A stretch of DNA of 64,000 bases from a bacterium (GCA_021813145.1 JAKALS010000003.1:105890-169889), one strand, 5' to 3'; shown: positions 9,911 to 20,508, counted from the first letter of the stretch. Notes: generated by a model not told the origin, from the letters alone. Numbers and translations are program-made.

Positions 9911-10334
9911 GACTAACCCTATGGGAAAGTATTATTTCTTCCATAGACGCTAACATACGGGCGGCGACTTTAAAATCTCTTGCGCTTTGGTCGGTGTGTA
10001 TTTGGGAACTTCTTGTATCAAGGCAGACTCTTTTTATACCGCCGTCTGTATTGGCGGTAAGAGACAATTTTGAAAAAGTCATCGAGCTCTGGCCGTCTTT
10101 CTTTTCCAGTTCTCCTTCCAGAATTGCCGTTACGGTGTCCGTTCCAAAATCAAATTCGACTAAAGGAGTGCGTACGTCTCCCTGTAAAAGGTAAGTTGCG
10201 TTTCCGGTTGTAAGTGTATTTATGTAGGGCATAAGAAGGTCTTCCGCTTTTGTTTGAAAATTTAGTGCAGCGTCCACTAGCTCCGGGTCAGGAGTAAGAC
10301 TTTCGCAGGGGGGTTTTAATTCCGCTAAAGCCAT
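9903..10334 (-). CDS. Hypothetical protein
   Basis: 143-aa ORF with upstream TTGACA/TATAAT. Confidence 0.55.
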   Translation of the reverse strand: MALAELKPPCESLTPDPELVDAALNFQTKAEDLLMPYINTLTTGNATYLLQGDVRTPLVEFDFGTDTVTAILEGELEKKDGQSSMTFSKLSLTANTDGGIKRVCLDTRSSQIHTDQSARDFKVAARMLASMEEIILSHRVSPT

Positions 10335-10404
10335 AAATAAATTCGACTTTGGTATTATAATACTACTTTTTTATCTGTCAATAGCAAGTGATATAATCCG
10401 GAAA

Positions 10405-10818
10405 ATGCCAGAGCAGAAAGAGAAAATCGAACAAATGCCATTTGGAGTAAGACTTTCCGATTTGAACGAAGCAAGACTAGTGGACATAGAGAGTATTTGT
10501 AGAGGTATTTACGGAAGTAAAAGAGAAGATTCCGAGATAAAAAACCAATTGGAAGGATTGAATGAGCAGATAGTAAATTTCGGTTTTAAAGAATTTGAGA
10601 TTAATACTCCAAGAGGGCCTGTTAAAATTTATTGCCATGCTAAGAATTTACCTATTGGCAAGGAGAAAAGAATTGTGGCGTTTAGTTCCGCGCCTAACTT
10701 TCACCTGCATGGAGCTCTAGAAAAAGCTCTTCAGAGGGGACTCGCCGACAGATTTTCCAAAGAAGTGAGCAGTTACCTGGAGCATTCGGGAGTAGGAATT
10801 CCTCTTGAAGCCCTCTAG
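10405..10818 (+). CDS. Hypothetical protein
   Basis: 137-aa ORF; TGnTATAAT 7 nt upstream of the ATG. Confidence 0.6.
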   Translation: MPEQKEKIEQMPFGVRLSDLNEARLVDIESICRGIYGSKREDSEIKNQLEGLNEQIVNFGFKEFEINTPRGPVKIYCHAKNLPIGKEKRIVAFSSAPNFHLHGALEKALQRGLADRFSKEVSSYLEHSGVGIPLEAL

Positions 10819-11043
10819 TTTTTTTACATAATTCTTACATTTTTCTTACGGCCTATTGACATGGTTTTAGCCTTGTGTTAATATAACCGGTGTGAATCAT
10901 TCTTTCTCAGCAAGTTCTGAGAAAAGAGGACACTTTATGATGATAACTAGCAAATTGAATTTTTCAACCGCATAGCGGTTTTTTGCTGTCTTCTTAAAGC
11001 TTTCCTCTAAATTCATAGTTCTTTTAATATTTTTGTGGCTCGA

Positions 11044-11116
11044 GGGCCCGAAGTTTACCTGGTTGAACGCCTCGTTTGCAACGAGGAGGTAGGGAGTTCG
11101 ACTCTCCTCGGGTCCA
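11044..11116 (+). tRNA. tRNA-Ala(TGC)
   Basis: Cloverleaf GGGCCCG/CGGGTCC with G3:U70; anticodon arm CCTCG-TTTGCAA-CGAGG; no encoded CCA. Confidence 0.93.
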
Positions 11117-11205
11117 CTTGCGATTCGCCCTGAGCGAAGTCGAAAGGCTTGTTTTTTATGACAAGCTTCCTAGTAAGAGGAAGCTTTTCCTAGAGAATAA
11201 GCGAG

Positions 11206-11298
11206 TTGGCTCTTTGACAAGCGAAGAGAAAAACCTTATACAACGCTTTCTTTTAACTAAGAACGCGTATATAGGGTAAAGTCTCAATATAATCTACT
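11206..11298 (+). promoter_or_regulatory. 23S leader: boxA-like element and 5' strand of the processing stem
   Basis: GCTCTTTGACAA resembles boxA; 11206-11233 is complementary to about 16026-16052 and 11279-11298 to about 16004-16023. Confidence 0.7.
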
Positions 11299-13274
11299 CA
11301 TAATGCCGATAATGAATGCCTAGGAGGCTTTTGCCGAGGAAGGACGCATATGGCGGCGATACTCGTCGGGGAAGTGTCATAAACTTGTGATCCGGCGGTT
11401 TCCGAATGGGGTAACCCCCGCCTTTTGGCGGGGCCAATTATAAAATTAAGTCCGTAAGGATTTATATAGTAGTTGGCCGGGCACGGCGCGAACTGAAACA
11501 TCTTAGTAGCGCCAGGAAAATAAATCGTAGAGATTCCGTTAGTAGCGGCGAGCGAAAGCGGAACAGTCTAAACCCAGTTTACTGGGGGTTGCAGGGCAGA
11601 CGATATTCGATGTGATTTTTTCTAGCAGAAAGACCCGGAATGGTCTTCCATAGAGGGTGAAAGGCCCGTATGCGAAAGGAAAGATTCCGATAGTTTGTTC
11701 CTAAGTACCATGGGGTACGATAAAACCCTGTGGGAAGCCGGGGCGGCCACGCTCCAAGACTAAATACAAAAGCCTACCGATAGTGAACTAGTACCGCGAG
11801 GGAAAGGTGAAAAGCACCCCGGGAGGGGAATGAAATAGATCTGAAATTGTCGGCTGACAAGCAGGCAGAGCAATCGCGCTTTACGCAAGTAAAGTGTGAG
11901 GTGATGCCGTGCCTATTGAAGAATGAACCGGTGAGTTATTAATTGCAGCGTTAGTTTAATCTAGCCAAGCTAGAAAAGACAGAGTGAAAGCGTGCCCTAA
12001 CCGGGCAGTTAGTTGCAGTTAATAGACCCGAAACTGGGTGAGCTAACCTTGGGCAGGATGAACTCAATCGAAAGATTGTGGGAGGTCCGAACTCGTGGCC
12101 GCAGCAATGGCTTGAGATGACCTGAGGTTAGGGGCAATATGCCAAACGAACCCAGAGATAGCTGGTTCTCCCCGAAATATATCTTGGTATAGCGGTAGTA
12201 TTAAATACGCTGAGGTAGAGCACTGAATGGTTACCGGCGACGCAAGTTGTCGGAACCAATCAAACTCCGAATGCAGACGTATATGACTACTAGTCAGACT
12301 AGTCGGGCTAAGCTGATTGGTCAAAAGGGAAACAGCCCACACTACCGTCTAAGGTCTCTAAATAAGAGCTAAGTTTTGAACGAAGTCAAGTTTCATAGAC
12401 AACCAGGAAGTTGGCTTAGAAGCAGCCACCTTTTAAAGATAGCGTAACAGCTCACTGGAGGATGATACTTGGCGCGAAAAATTCATCGAGGATTAAGCTC
12501 TTTACCGAAGACGTAGACTTGCCGCAAGGCAATTGGTAGGGGAGCGTTCTATTTGCAGTGAAGCGGAACCGTAAGGTTTGGTGGAGCGGATAGAAGTGAG
12601 AATGCCGGTATGAGTAGCGATAGCTATGTGAGAAACATAGCCACCGAAAATCCAAGGTTTCCTCCGCAATGTAAGTCAGCGGAGGGTTAGTCGGCCCTAA
12701 GGGCGCGCCTCGTTAAAGGGGTATAGCCTGATGGATAAGTCGTTGAAATTCGACTACAGAATGTGAAGTTGCAAGGGGGTGACGAAGTTGGAAGAGTCAG
12801 GCCTGTTACGGCGGGTCTAAGCAGTAAGATAGTGGTAATCGGAAAATCCGTTATCGTGTTTAATTAAGCTGCGATGGAAAGTTCCTTAGAAATAAGGGGC
12901 GATTTGATAGCTTTCAGTTTCCGGGAAAATCCTCATTGTGTTGTCCGCAAGGATGGCTAATTCATATTTTACCGTACCGCATACCGACACAGGTGGATTG
13001 GTCGAGAAGACTAAGGTGATCGGGAGAAAGATGTTCAAGGAACTCGGCAAAAAAGCTGGGCGTAACCTATGGGAGATGCCCTGCCCCGCCAAACGGCGGG
13101 GCTACAACAAAAGTTTACTTAGCGACTGTTTATCTAAAACACAGGTCCCTGCAAAGCCGAAAGGCAAAGTATAGGGGCTGACGCCTGCCCAGTGCTGGTA
13201 AGTCAAATATCTTGAATGAAGCTCGTAAGGGTCAGTTTAGGATATAAGCTCCAGTAAACGGCAGCAGTAACTAT

Positions 13275-13986
13275 AAAACCGGAAAGGTTGTTGTAGTTGT
13301 AAAAGTCGACTATATGCTGGAACACCCGTGCCGTCGTTGAAAAACGAACGGTTGAAGTATCTGACTCTACCATGATATTATGGTGATAATGAGTTCAGTG
13401 CGGAAGATCAGCAGGAAAGACTTGAAGAAGGAAAAATTAGGATTTTATTTAGCTGGATTCGTAGAAGGTGAAGGTAGTTTCAATGTTTCATTACGACGTA
13501 AAGCAGATTATAAAGTATCATGGCAAGTCGTAATGAGTTTTAATGTTTCGCAAAAAGATCCAACTCTGCTCCATATTTTAAAGAGAGAATTGGATTGTGG
13601 AATAATTAAAATAAGAAAAATTGATAACCTTTATTCATTCGATGTAACAAATCCCTCAGATATTATCCAAAAAGTTATTCCATATTTTCAAAAATACCCA
13701 GTTCTTTCAGATTCTAAAAAGAAAAACTTTTCTATTTTTTGCGATATTGCAAAGTTGATGGAAAAGGGAGAACATAGGAATTTGTCAGGACTTAAAAAGA
13801 TTTTAGATTTAAGAGAGAAATTAAATGAAGGAAAGGGAAGAAAAAGAAAATATTCGATAACAGATATCTTTCCAACTCAAGAATCCTCAGAGACTATACG
13901 TCGACCTCAAGTAAATACTTGAGATGATATAGTCCGACCTCATAGGCAACTATGAGAGACGTTAAATCGTCCACGTAACAAAAGTG
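13275..13986 (+). mobile_element. Group I intron at 23S position 1917 (E. coli numbering) with homing endonuclease
   Basis: Splits GTAACTAT|AACTG; P1 with U.G at the splice site; core CAGCAGG, CTCAGAGACTA, GATATAGTCC; ends in G. Confidence 0.92.
13380..13922 (+). CDS. Single-motif LAGLIDADG homing endonuclease (intron-encoded)
   Basis: YLAGFVEGEGSFNV, F.VSQK, KVIPYF; ORF sits in the P6 region and reads through the P7 element (ESSETIR). Confidence 0.92.
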   Translation: MVIMSSVRKISRKDLKKEKLGFYLAGFVEGEGSFNVSLRRKADYKVSWQVVMSFNVSQKDPTLLHILKRELDCGIIKIRKIDNLYSFDVTNPSDIIQKVIPYFQKYPVLSDSKKKNFSIFCDIAKLMEKGEHRNLSGLKKILDLREKLNEGKGRKRKYSITDIFPTQESSETIRRPQVNT

Positions 13987-14000
13987 AACTGTTCTATGGT

Positions 14001-14242
14001 AACAACTTCGTTGCCTTAGGAGTAAGTGTTTTAGAAAATCCAACTATATGCTGGAAAAACTCTGAATCCAACAGTACTTATATAAGTAATAATCTGATTG
14101 GTGGAGTAAATCAGCAGGAAAGACCCTTTAAGGGAATCCTCAGAGACTAAACGTTGGAGCTTCAGATAAATGAAGCAAGATATAGTCCGAACTTACAAGC
14201 GATTGTAAGAGTCTAGATTGTAAATCTAGGAATAACATATTA
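14001..14242 (+). mobile_element. ORF-less group I intron at 23S position 1931
   Basis: Splits CTATGGT|AGCGAAG; P1 and P10 pairings supported; same core motifs as the upstream intron; terminal nucleotide is A. Confidence 0.9.
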
Positions 14243-14714
14243 AGCGAAGTTCCTTGTCGGGCGAGTTCCGACCCGCACGAAAGGCAGAACGACTGAGTAA
14301 CTGTCTTGAACATCTACCCGGCGAAATTGAGATGGCCGTGAAGACGCGGCCTAGTCATACATGGACAAAAAGACCCCGGGAGCTTTACTGTAGCTTGGCA
14401 TTTGGGAGTTTATTTTAATTGTTTAGAATAGGAGGGAGCTTCGGCACCAGTGAAATACCTCTCTTTGAAATGAGCAACCATTACCTTATCGCCACATAAA
14501 AATCTGGCTAAGGAACATTGTCTGGCGGGCAGTTTAACTGGGGAGGTTGACTCCTACAGCGCAACGGAGTCGTATAAAGGTTGGCTAATTCCGGATGGAA
14601 ATCGGAATGATAGTGCAAACGCATAAGCCAGCTTGACTGCGAGACCTACAAGTCGAGCAGGTTCGAAAGAAGATGTTAGTGATCCTGTATTGCCTAGTGG
14701 TAGGCATACAGCTT

Positions 14715-14747
<33 letters not shown>

Positions 14748-14763
14748 GATCGCATCCAAGCGT

Positions 14764-15591
14764 CAAATTTGGCGCCACTCGATAGTAATATCGGGATGAA
14801 CGAATCAACTAATATCGGTGAAATCCTTTTATTATGATAGGATAATACCGAGGGAAGATAATTTGTTGTGGATACAAAATTAGCCAGAGAAGCAAGAAAA
14901 TTAAGTTTTTCTCAAAAACAACTAATGCTTGTCATTGGTTCTATTTTAGGGGACGGATATTTAGATACTACTACCAGAGGTTATGCATTGCGTATCCATC
15001 ATGGAATTGCCCAAAAAGAATACGTTGATTTTAAATATTCTCTGATAAGTAGTTTTGTAAATTCCAAACCTAAAAGAAGTGGAAATGCTTATTATTTTAG
15101 AACTGTTTCTCATCCATTATTTAGTCAATTACGAGACATTTTTTATAGTGATCGTAAAAAAGTAATTCCAAAAATATTTTTAAGGAAAAACTTTGACCCT
15201 TTTGCATTAGCAATTTGGATTATGGATGATGGAGCGGCTGATAAAAATCAATTGCGTATTAATACACAATCATTCTCATTAAAAGAGAATCTCTGGTTGA
15301 GTAAGTTTCTACAAACTAAATTTGGAATTAAATCTACAATAAATGTAGATAAAGGAAAATATCGATTGAGAATCGCAGGTTCGAGTATGAATTTGCTAAA
15401 GAAATTGGTAAATCCTTACATAATTTCAAGCATGTTTTACAAATTATCCCCGTAACGACTGATATCTCATTAAAACGAGATTGAGATAACTCATTAATTG
15501 CATTTAGCAAAAATACACGAGTTATCATATGTTGGTATCCTGAAAAGGATAAAGATATAGTCTAATTCCATAAGTAATTATGGGTTAATTG
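14764..15591 (+). mobile_element. Group I intron at 23S position 2473 with homing endonuclease
   Basis: Splits CCAAGCGT|CCACAGCGAC; P1 GCGTCA/TGGCGC with U.G; CCGTAACGACT and GATATAGTCT core; ends in G. Confidence 0.88.
14868..15455 (+). CDS. Double-motif LAGLIDADG endonuclease (LAGLIDADG_2 / I-SceI-like)
   Basis: IGSILGDG and LAIWIMDDG motifs; TQSFS. Confidence 0.9.
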   Translation: MDTKLAREARKLSFSQKQLMLVIGSILGDGYLDTTTRGYALRIHHGIAQKEYVDFKYSLISSFVNSKPKRSGNAYYFRTVSHPLFSQLRDIFYSDRKKVIPKIFLRKNFDPFALAIWIMDDGAADKNQLRINTQSFSLKENLWLSKFLQTKFGIKSTINVDKGKYRLRIAGSSMNLLKKLVNPYIISSMFYKLSP

Positions 15592-15606
15592 CCACAGCGA
15601 CGATGC

Positions 15607-15647
<41 letters not shown>

Positions 15648-15855
15648 GAGAAGGTCCCAAGGGTCCGGCTGTTCGCCGGTTAAAGCGGTACGCGAGCTGG
15701 GTTCAGAGCGTCGTAAGACAGCTCGGTCTCTATCCTGTATGACCGTCGAGATTTGAGGAGAGTCGTCCCTAGTACGAGAGGACTGGGATGAGGGAATCCC
15801 TGGTGTGCCAGTTGTTTCTAATTAAGAGCATCGCTGGGTAGCTATATTCCCAACT

Positions 15856-15886
<31 letters not shown>

Positions 15887-16077
15887 AGTCTCCAAGATTA
15901 GATCTCATTGCGTAAGCATGAAACCCCTTGTAGATAACGAGGTTGATAGGCGGGCAGTAGAAGTGCCGTAAGGCATTAAGCTTACCCGTACTAATGGTTG
16001 ATAAAGTAGATTATATTAGACTTATTTTTTCTCTTCGCTTTCAAGGAGCCAAATTTAACAATTTAAAAAGAGAAATT

Positions 16078-16190
16078 TTCCGGTGATCAGAGCGGTGCGG
16101 AACCACCTCTTCCCATTCCGAACAGAGAAGTGAAACACGCCAGCGCCTACGATACTGACAATTGTTGGGACAATGGGTCATCGCCGGGAG
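16078..16190 (+). rRNA. rrf: 5S rRNA
   Basis: CCACCTCTTCCCATTCCGAACAGAGAAGTGAAAC; terminal helix CCGGTGA/TCGCCGG. Confidence 0.93.
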
Positions 16191-16226
16191 ATTTCTCTTT
16201 TTAAATTTAAGGGCTATAATCATATT

Positions 16227-16643
16227 ATGGTGCTGGAGGCTAGAGATATATCTCCCGAAGTAAGCGGGAGGCGCGAGCAAAAGTATTTTATTTGTGGTTT
16301 AGATTCTACTTCTTCGGAATTAGACAAAATGGCAAGAGTAGAAGACCCCGACAAAATTTTTCCAAGAGTTTCAGGATATGTTTTAGAGGGGGAGAGAGTA
16401 GTTTTTACCCGGGGAGACCATCGTGACCTGGAATTTTCGGGAGTTGTAGAACCTGGATATAAGAATGTATTAGCAGTCCTCTCGGTTGCAAAAAAATTTT
16501 CCGACCCAACAACTTCGGCAATCACTATTATTTCCCCATGGCAAGATATCATTGAACAAACTTTAGGTTTCCTGTCCCGAAGCCTATCTACCGATACAAG
16601 AGCAGATGTTGTAGTTGCAAAGATGCCCTTAATCGAAAATTGA
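16227..16643 (+). CDS. Hypothetical protein
   Basis: Start moved out of the 5S gene to ATG 16227, 6 nt after TATAAT. Confidence 0.6.
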   Translation: MVLEARDISPEVSGRREQKYFICGLDSTSSELDKMARVEDPDKIFPRVSGYVLEGERVVFTRGDHRDLEFSGVVEPGYKNVLAVLSVAKKFSDPTTSAITIISPWQDIIEQTLGFLSRSLSTDTRADVVVAKMPLIEN

Positions 16644-16674
16644 CTTTCATAAGCTCCGGTAGTATATTTCGCCT

Positions 16675-16860
16675 ATGAAGCCGGAAATTAAAATCGGAAA
16701 TTTTGTAATCAGGTTAAAAGCCCCCAAAGCTCAAAAAAACTCAGAGGCTGTTTATCCGGTCCAAAGTCATTCGGAGACAGGAGAAAAGGAAGATAAACAT
16801 AATCTATCGGACGAAGAATTAAGAAAAGAATTAGAGAAGGTCCTTCATGGAAAACGGTAA
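16675..16860 (+). CDS. Small hypothetical protein
   Basis: TTGACT-17-TATATT-6-ATG. Confidence 0.55.
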   Translation: MKPEIKIGNFVIRLKAPKAQKNSEAVYPVQSHSETGEKEDKHNLSDEELRKELEKVLHGKR

Positions 16861-16915
16861 TCTTCGGGATTTTTGATTGTAAATCTGTTATATTAAAGGA
16901 ATAGAATTTATTAAA

Positions 16916-18652
16916 ATGTCTTTTAATGGGTTCAAATCTTTAATAATTAATTATCTGCCTCTTATACTTGTCCTCATTTTAGCATCAATTTTACGTCTAA
17001 TTTGGTTAAATAATGTTCCACCGGCCGTGGGAGGAGATGAATTAACTTACTTAATTACCGCAAAATCTATACTCCTCTCAGGAAGCGATATTACAGGGAA
17101 ATGGAATCCGTTATCGGTCTTTCTTTTTAATTTCCCTCCGGGGCAGGGACAGGCAGAGCTTTTGTATTTTATTCTTATTCCTTTTGTTGCTAAATTTTCT
17201 CTTTTTTGGTCAAGGTTTCCAAATGCTTTCTTTGGAGTTTTGGTTGTTTACCTTATTTATCTGATTACTTCTAAATTTTTCGGAGCGAAAGCAGGTATTG
17301 TTGCAGCTTTGGTTTCGGCTGTTAATCCGTGGTTTATTTATATTTCAAGAACGACTTATGAGATGCCTGTAGCAACATTTTTTTACTTACTTTCTTTGTA
17401 TTTTTTAATTACTTTAAAAGGAAAAAAAATATTATTTACCATCCCGGTCCTTCTTTTAGCTTTTTACTCATATATAGCAACTAAGGCGGTCTTTGTACCG
17501 TTTGTTTTTACGGCCGTTATCTATTCTTATTTTTTGGTGAACAAGAAGAAGTATAGGAAAGAATATCTATCAATTGTGATTTTCTCTGTTTTGTTATTTA
17601 TTTTCTATTTTGTCTCAATTATTGTCCATCCCGGCACCTCAAGAATAGGAGATCTGTTTACTCCGAATAATCCTGCGGTAACTAATCAGGTTAACTTTTT
17701 AAGGCACATGTCCATCTCTAATTTTTTAACGGATGTTCTTGTGAACAAATATACGGTATTTTTTACCGTCCTTTTGGTAAAGGCATTTAATATATTTTCT
17801 ACAGGATATCTATTCATAAATGGAGACAAATTTTTCTCAATTTACAATCAGGGGGTTTTTTACTATCCCGACGCAATATTTTTAATTTTAGGTCTAATTT
17901 TTGTATTTTTAAAAAACAGGAAAGTATTTTTCCTCCTTTTTTCGCTTATTCTTTTTTCTATAATTCCCCAGCTTATTTATACTGCTTCGACAGATGTATT
18001 TACCCCTCACAACACCCTTATGTTTCCCTTCTTCATTATTTTTATCGGCGTAGGTATTTATGAAACCGTTAATTATTTTAAGAATAGGAATTATTTTTAT
18101 GCTTCCTCGATTATCATTTCATTAATCTACCTTTTCTTCATTGTTAATTTTCTCAACATTTATTTTTATCAATTCCCCTTGAGGGGAAATTTCGATTTTC
18201 CGGTAAGAATAGCTTCAAAATACGCAGAACTTTCTTCCAAAAATTCGAAAGTATTTGTTTATACGGAAAGGAAAGAAGATGTTTTTAACAAGTTTTTGTT
18301 TTACTCCAATTCCCTGAATAAAAACACATACCTTACCGTAAGAAATAATATTGCCAATAAATATTACGGAATAGGGAATATAAGATTTGAGGATTGCAAT
18401 AATTCAATAAATCCGCTGAAGAATAATAACGTCATTATTTATGACGATAATTGCGGAGGTCTTAAGAGAAATGGCTTTCATCTTTCCATTTCTTCGCTTT
18501 CGGACGGAGGGGAAAATTATGAAATATTTAATGACGCAATCTGTAGCAAGTTTTATTTAAATCCGTATCCTATGGGTATAACAATAAGCGACTTTTCGAT
18601 AGAAAATATGAATGTTCGAAAATTCTGTCAGACTTTTGTTAACTCCCGCTAG
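16916..18652 (+). CDS. GT-C fold (ArnT/PMT, GT39/83-like) membrane glycosyltransferase
   Basis: LRL..L..VPP....DE..Y, RFPNA..G, NPW....SR...E; many TM helices. Confidence 0.8.
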   Translation: MSFNGFKSLIINYLPLILVLILASILRLIWLNNVPPAVGGDELTYLITAKSILLSGSDITGKWNPLSVFLFNFPPGQGQAELLYFILIPFVAKFSLFWSRFPNAFFGVLVVYLIYLITSKFFGAKAGIVAALVSAVNPWFIYISRTTYEMPVATFFYLLSLYFLITLKGKKILFTIPVLLLAFYSYIATKAVFVPFVFTAVIYSYFLVNKKKYRKEYLSIVIFSVLLFIFYFVSIIVHPGTSRIGDLFTPNNPAVTNQVNFLRHMSISNFLTDVLVNKYTVFFTVLLVKAFNIFSTGYLFINGDKFFSIYNQGVFYYPDAIFLILGLIFVFLKNRKVFFLLFSLILFSIIPQLIYTASTDVFTPHNTLMFPFFIIFIGVGIYETVNYFKNRNYFYASSIIISLIYLFFIVNFLNIYFYQFPLRGNFDFPVRIASKYAELSSKNSKVFVYTERKEDVFNKFLFYSNSLNKNTYLTVRNNIANKYYGIGNIRFEDCNNSINPLKNNNVIIYDDNCGGLKRNGFHLSISSLSDGGENYEIFNDAICSKFYLNPYPMGITISDFSIENMNVRKFCQTFVNSR

Positions 18653-19335
18653 TTCTTTTTTGCTACGATTATGCAGTGTGTAAATAGGTCTTCCGGTCCG
18701 AAATAAAATTTTATTATCTTAAATCCCGCTGCTTTTAAAAGGGCGCTTACTTCTTTTTTGGACTTTATTAAAGATATTTCTTCGGGATGAAGTCTTATGT
18801 TTTTTCCAAAGATATCGTTGAGGATAAAATGGGCCGCATTCAAGAAGATTACCGTGGGCCCGTATTGGGGCGGCCAGAAAATAACAACTTTTCCTCCGGG
18901 CTTAAGTACTCTTCTAAGTTCTTTAAGAATTTTCAGTTCCTCTTCTTTTGTAAAATGCTCCATGACTCCCAGATTATAAATTCCGTCAAACGTAGAGCTT
19001 CCGGCCGGTATATCGAATATACTTGCATGCATAGTTTTGGCTCTTTTGCCGTTATGGATTTTGTAAAGTTTTAAAGCCTCGCCGGATATATCGAGTGCCG
19101 TTATATCGAATTTTTTTACAAGATCTTCGTCTACCTGTCCCGCTCCGGAACCAGCGTGTAAAAGCTTTGAACCTGCTTTAAACTCTTCCTCTATAAAACT
19201 ATTTAGGGCTCTTTTTATTATTGCCTTTCTGTAGAAAGAGGCGATTAAGCGGTATACTTTTTGGGAAACCGCTTTTTTCTTGGTCCAGTATTTGTCCCAC
19301 TCTATTTCCTCTTTTTTTGCTTTTTCCTTAGTCAC
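18649..19335 (-). CDS. Class I SAM-dependent methyltransferase
   Basis: LHAGSGAG, ALDIS, FDGIYN.GVMEHF, RVLKPGG. Confidence 0.85.
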   Translation of the reverse strand: MTKEKAKKEEIEWDKYWTKKKAVSQKVYRLIASFYRKAIIKRALNSFIEEEFKAGSKLLHAGSGAGQVDEDLVKKFDITALDISGEALKLYKIHNGKRAKTMHASIFDIPAGSSTFDGIYNLGVMEHFTKEEELKILKELRRVLKPGGKVVIFWPPQYGPTVIFLNAAHFILNDIFGKNIRLHPEEISLIKSKKEVSALLKAAGFKIIKFYFGPEDLFTHCIIVAKKN

Positions 19336-19413
19336 GATAGTTCTATACGCTATTTACTATATTCCAGTCAAGTGGTATACTGTTTTTATCCAATAAGAAA
19401 GGTAATTAAATGA

Positions 19414-20508
19414 GTGGCAGAACTAACTTCGAATACAAAAAAATCAGCTAAACCCGCAATGACGATGGCGGAGCTTTTGGCTTCGCATAAGTCTACTTTT
19501 ATAAGTCCGCATAAAGGAGATGTCCTGGAGGGAAGAATAACAAAACTTACTTCTTCGGAGATTCTAGTCGATATCGGAGCAAAAACGGAGGCATTGGTTC
19601 TTGAAAAAGACAAGAAAATATTAAGAAGCCTTCTTTCAAACCTGAAATTAGGGGATAAGGTTAGCGTAAGCGTTTTAAATCCCGAGTCGGATTTGGGGAA
19701 TCCCGTGGTTTCTCTAAGAAGGTTCATAGACGACAGACTTTGGATAAGGTTAAACAATATGCAAGCCACAAAAGAGCCTGTGGAAGTAACGGTAAACGAA
19801 GCTACAAAAGGTGGCTTTCTGGTTTCGACAAGAGACGGCATAGAAGGTTTCCTGCCCAATTCCCAGACTCTTTTTACCGAATCCGGACAGGAGCTTTTGG
19901 GAAAAACCTTAAAAGTTTTAATAATCGAGCTTAATAAACAGCTCCATAAGATTATTTTTTCCCAGAAATCCGCAATGGGGGACAGCGATTTCAGCCAGTC
20001 GATAAAAGATCTGAAAACAGAACAAAAAATTGACTCGGTTATTTCAAATATTGCTCCCTTTGGCATATTTACTTCAATTCAGGTGGGCGATAAAGCGGTC
20101 GAAGGATTTATCCATATATCTGAAATTTCCTGGGAAAAAACCGAAAATATAGGAAAAGACTACAAGGTGGGAGATAAACTTACCGCTTTAATAACCGGTT
20201 TTGACAAGGAGGCAAAAAGAGTTAACCTTTCTCTTAAAAGATTAACCGAGGACCCCTTCCAGGAGAAATTAAAAACCTATACGGCAGACAAAAAAGTAGA
20301 AGGAACCGTATCCAAGATTTTGGCCACGGGGCTTTTGGTTGATTTGGAAGAAGGAGTAGAAGGATTTATAAGAAAAGAAAAGATTCCCCCGACTCTGTCT
20401 TTTAGTGTTGGTTCTTCTGTTACTGCCACGGTATCGGAAGTAGATAATAAAAAACACAGGGTTATTTTGGTTCCGGTACTTAAAGAAAAACCGATAGGCT
20501 ATCGATAA
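19414..20508 (+). CDS. rpsA: 30S ribosomal protein S1 (short form, about 4 S1 domains)
   Basis: VDIGAKTE, KGGFLV...GFLP.SQ, PFGIF..EGFIHISEISW, RVNLSLKRL..DP. Confidence 0.88.
   Translation: MAELTSNTKKSAKPAMTMAELLASHKSTFISPHKGDVLEGRITKLTSSEILVDIGAKTEALVLEKDKKILRSLLSNLKLGDKVSVSVLNPESDLGNPVVSLRRFIDDRLWIRLNNMQATKEPVEVTVNEATKGGFLVSTRDGIEGFLPNSQTLFTESGQELLGKTLKVLIIELNKQLHKIIFSQKSAMGDSDFSQSIKDLKTEQKIDSVISNIAPFGIFTSIQVGDKAVEGFIHISEISWEKTENIGKDYKVGDKLTALITGFDKEAKRVNLSLKRLTEDPFQEKLKTYTADKKVEGTVSKILATGLLVDLEEGVEGFIRKEKIPPTLSFSVGSSVTATVSEVDNKKHRVILVPVLKEKPIGYR

Noticed and set aside
11076-13174. Short ORFs listed across the tRNA/23S region, and likewise those overlapping 5S
   Set aside because: They overlap structural RNA genes and are chance open frames
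19386-20066. 226-aa antisense ORF, and similar shadow ORFs opposite leuS, the kinase and the giant gene
   Set aside because: Antisense shadows of well-supported genes with no recognisable motifs
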